DNA from: Octopus sinensis
Taxonomy: Eukaryota
Assembly: GCF_006345805.1 (NCBI RefSeq)
Contig: NC_043000.1
Span: 102,052,001 to 102,116,000, forward strand
DNA length: 64,000 nucleotides
Direction of reading: 5' to 3'
Shown: positions 63,464-64,000 of the stretch, piece after piece
How positions within the stretch are numbered: the first letter of the stretch is position 1
How the letters are laid out: each line of letters begins with the position of its first letter
Translations under genes and position numbers: made by a program
The notes under the pieces: generated by a model
Databases searched by the model: none
Told to the model about the DNA's origin: nothing
The model's input: the letters and a program-made list of their open reading frames with translations, nothing else

Positions 63464-64000
63464 ATACCGTATGCTTTGAATCAAAAACAGGTTTTACTAC
63501 CAACTTAAACACGCTAGTTTGATTCCAAAGATCAAGCTAAAGCTAATCATAAGAAAGTGTGTTGTAGGTGGAAACCTATTGGGACTACTCTAAGAACTAT
63601 TTATCTGAAATTAAAGCTTCTTAGCAATCACTGTCCACCATCTTGAATGTTTCATCCCGACGTAGTTAATACTTATATGAAAACGAATTTGGCTGGGATT
63701 AAAATGGATGCTTCATCATACGACTGTAATTCTTTGATGATATTCGTTGTTATAGTAGGTCAGCCCTGATTAAGTTACGGTCAAGAAGGCCAATAGTGAA
63801 AGACATTCTAACCATGACCATTCCATTTTTTATGCATTTATTCAAGATGTTCTTCCTTTTACTTTTTTTAAGTAATAATGCGATGAGGGGGGATTTGGAT
63901 GCTATTTGTAGCTAGTCGAATGACCACATTCAGGTTATCTCTTTGATTAGTTTTAATAATATGTATTAATATAGCGTGTCAATATAGCTATGCTGTTACT

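Overview
AT-rich, repeat-saturated animal genomic DNA with no convincing host protein-coding exon, rRNA, tRNA gene or CRISPR array. The very dense (TA)n/(TG)n/(ATT)n/(TACA)n microsatellites and the SINE families are most consistent with an octopod cephalopod intron or intergenic region (inference, not a database result). Almost all ORFs in the track are microsatellite translations. Recognisable content: (1) three tRNA-headed SINE families in many copies; (2) four R4/Dong-like RLE retrotransposon 3' fragments plus a non-coding element, all embedded in (ATT)n/(TAA)n arrays, three of them tail-to-tail in a SINE's (ATT)n tail; (3) two CR1/L2-group LINE copies whose 3' stem-loop is shared, with compensatory changes, with one SINE family; (4) an RTE LINE fragment; (5) two Penelope-like element remnants and several short terminal-repeat-like elements carrying minimal hammerhead-ribozyme-like motifs; (6) Tc1 (DD34E), mariner, maT (DD37D), pogo-like and MITE DNA transposons; (7) several Helitrons. 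All alignments were done by eye, so boundaries of old copies are approximate. The most interesting signals are the microsatellite-mediated nesting of Dong-like elements in SINE tails, the dispersed minimal hammerhead-like motifs, and the SINE-LINE 3' stem-loop covariation.
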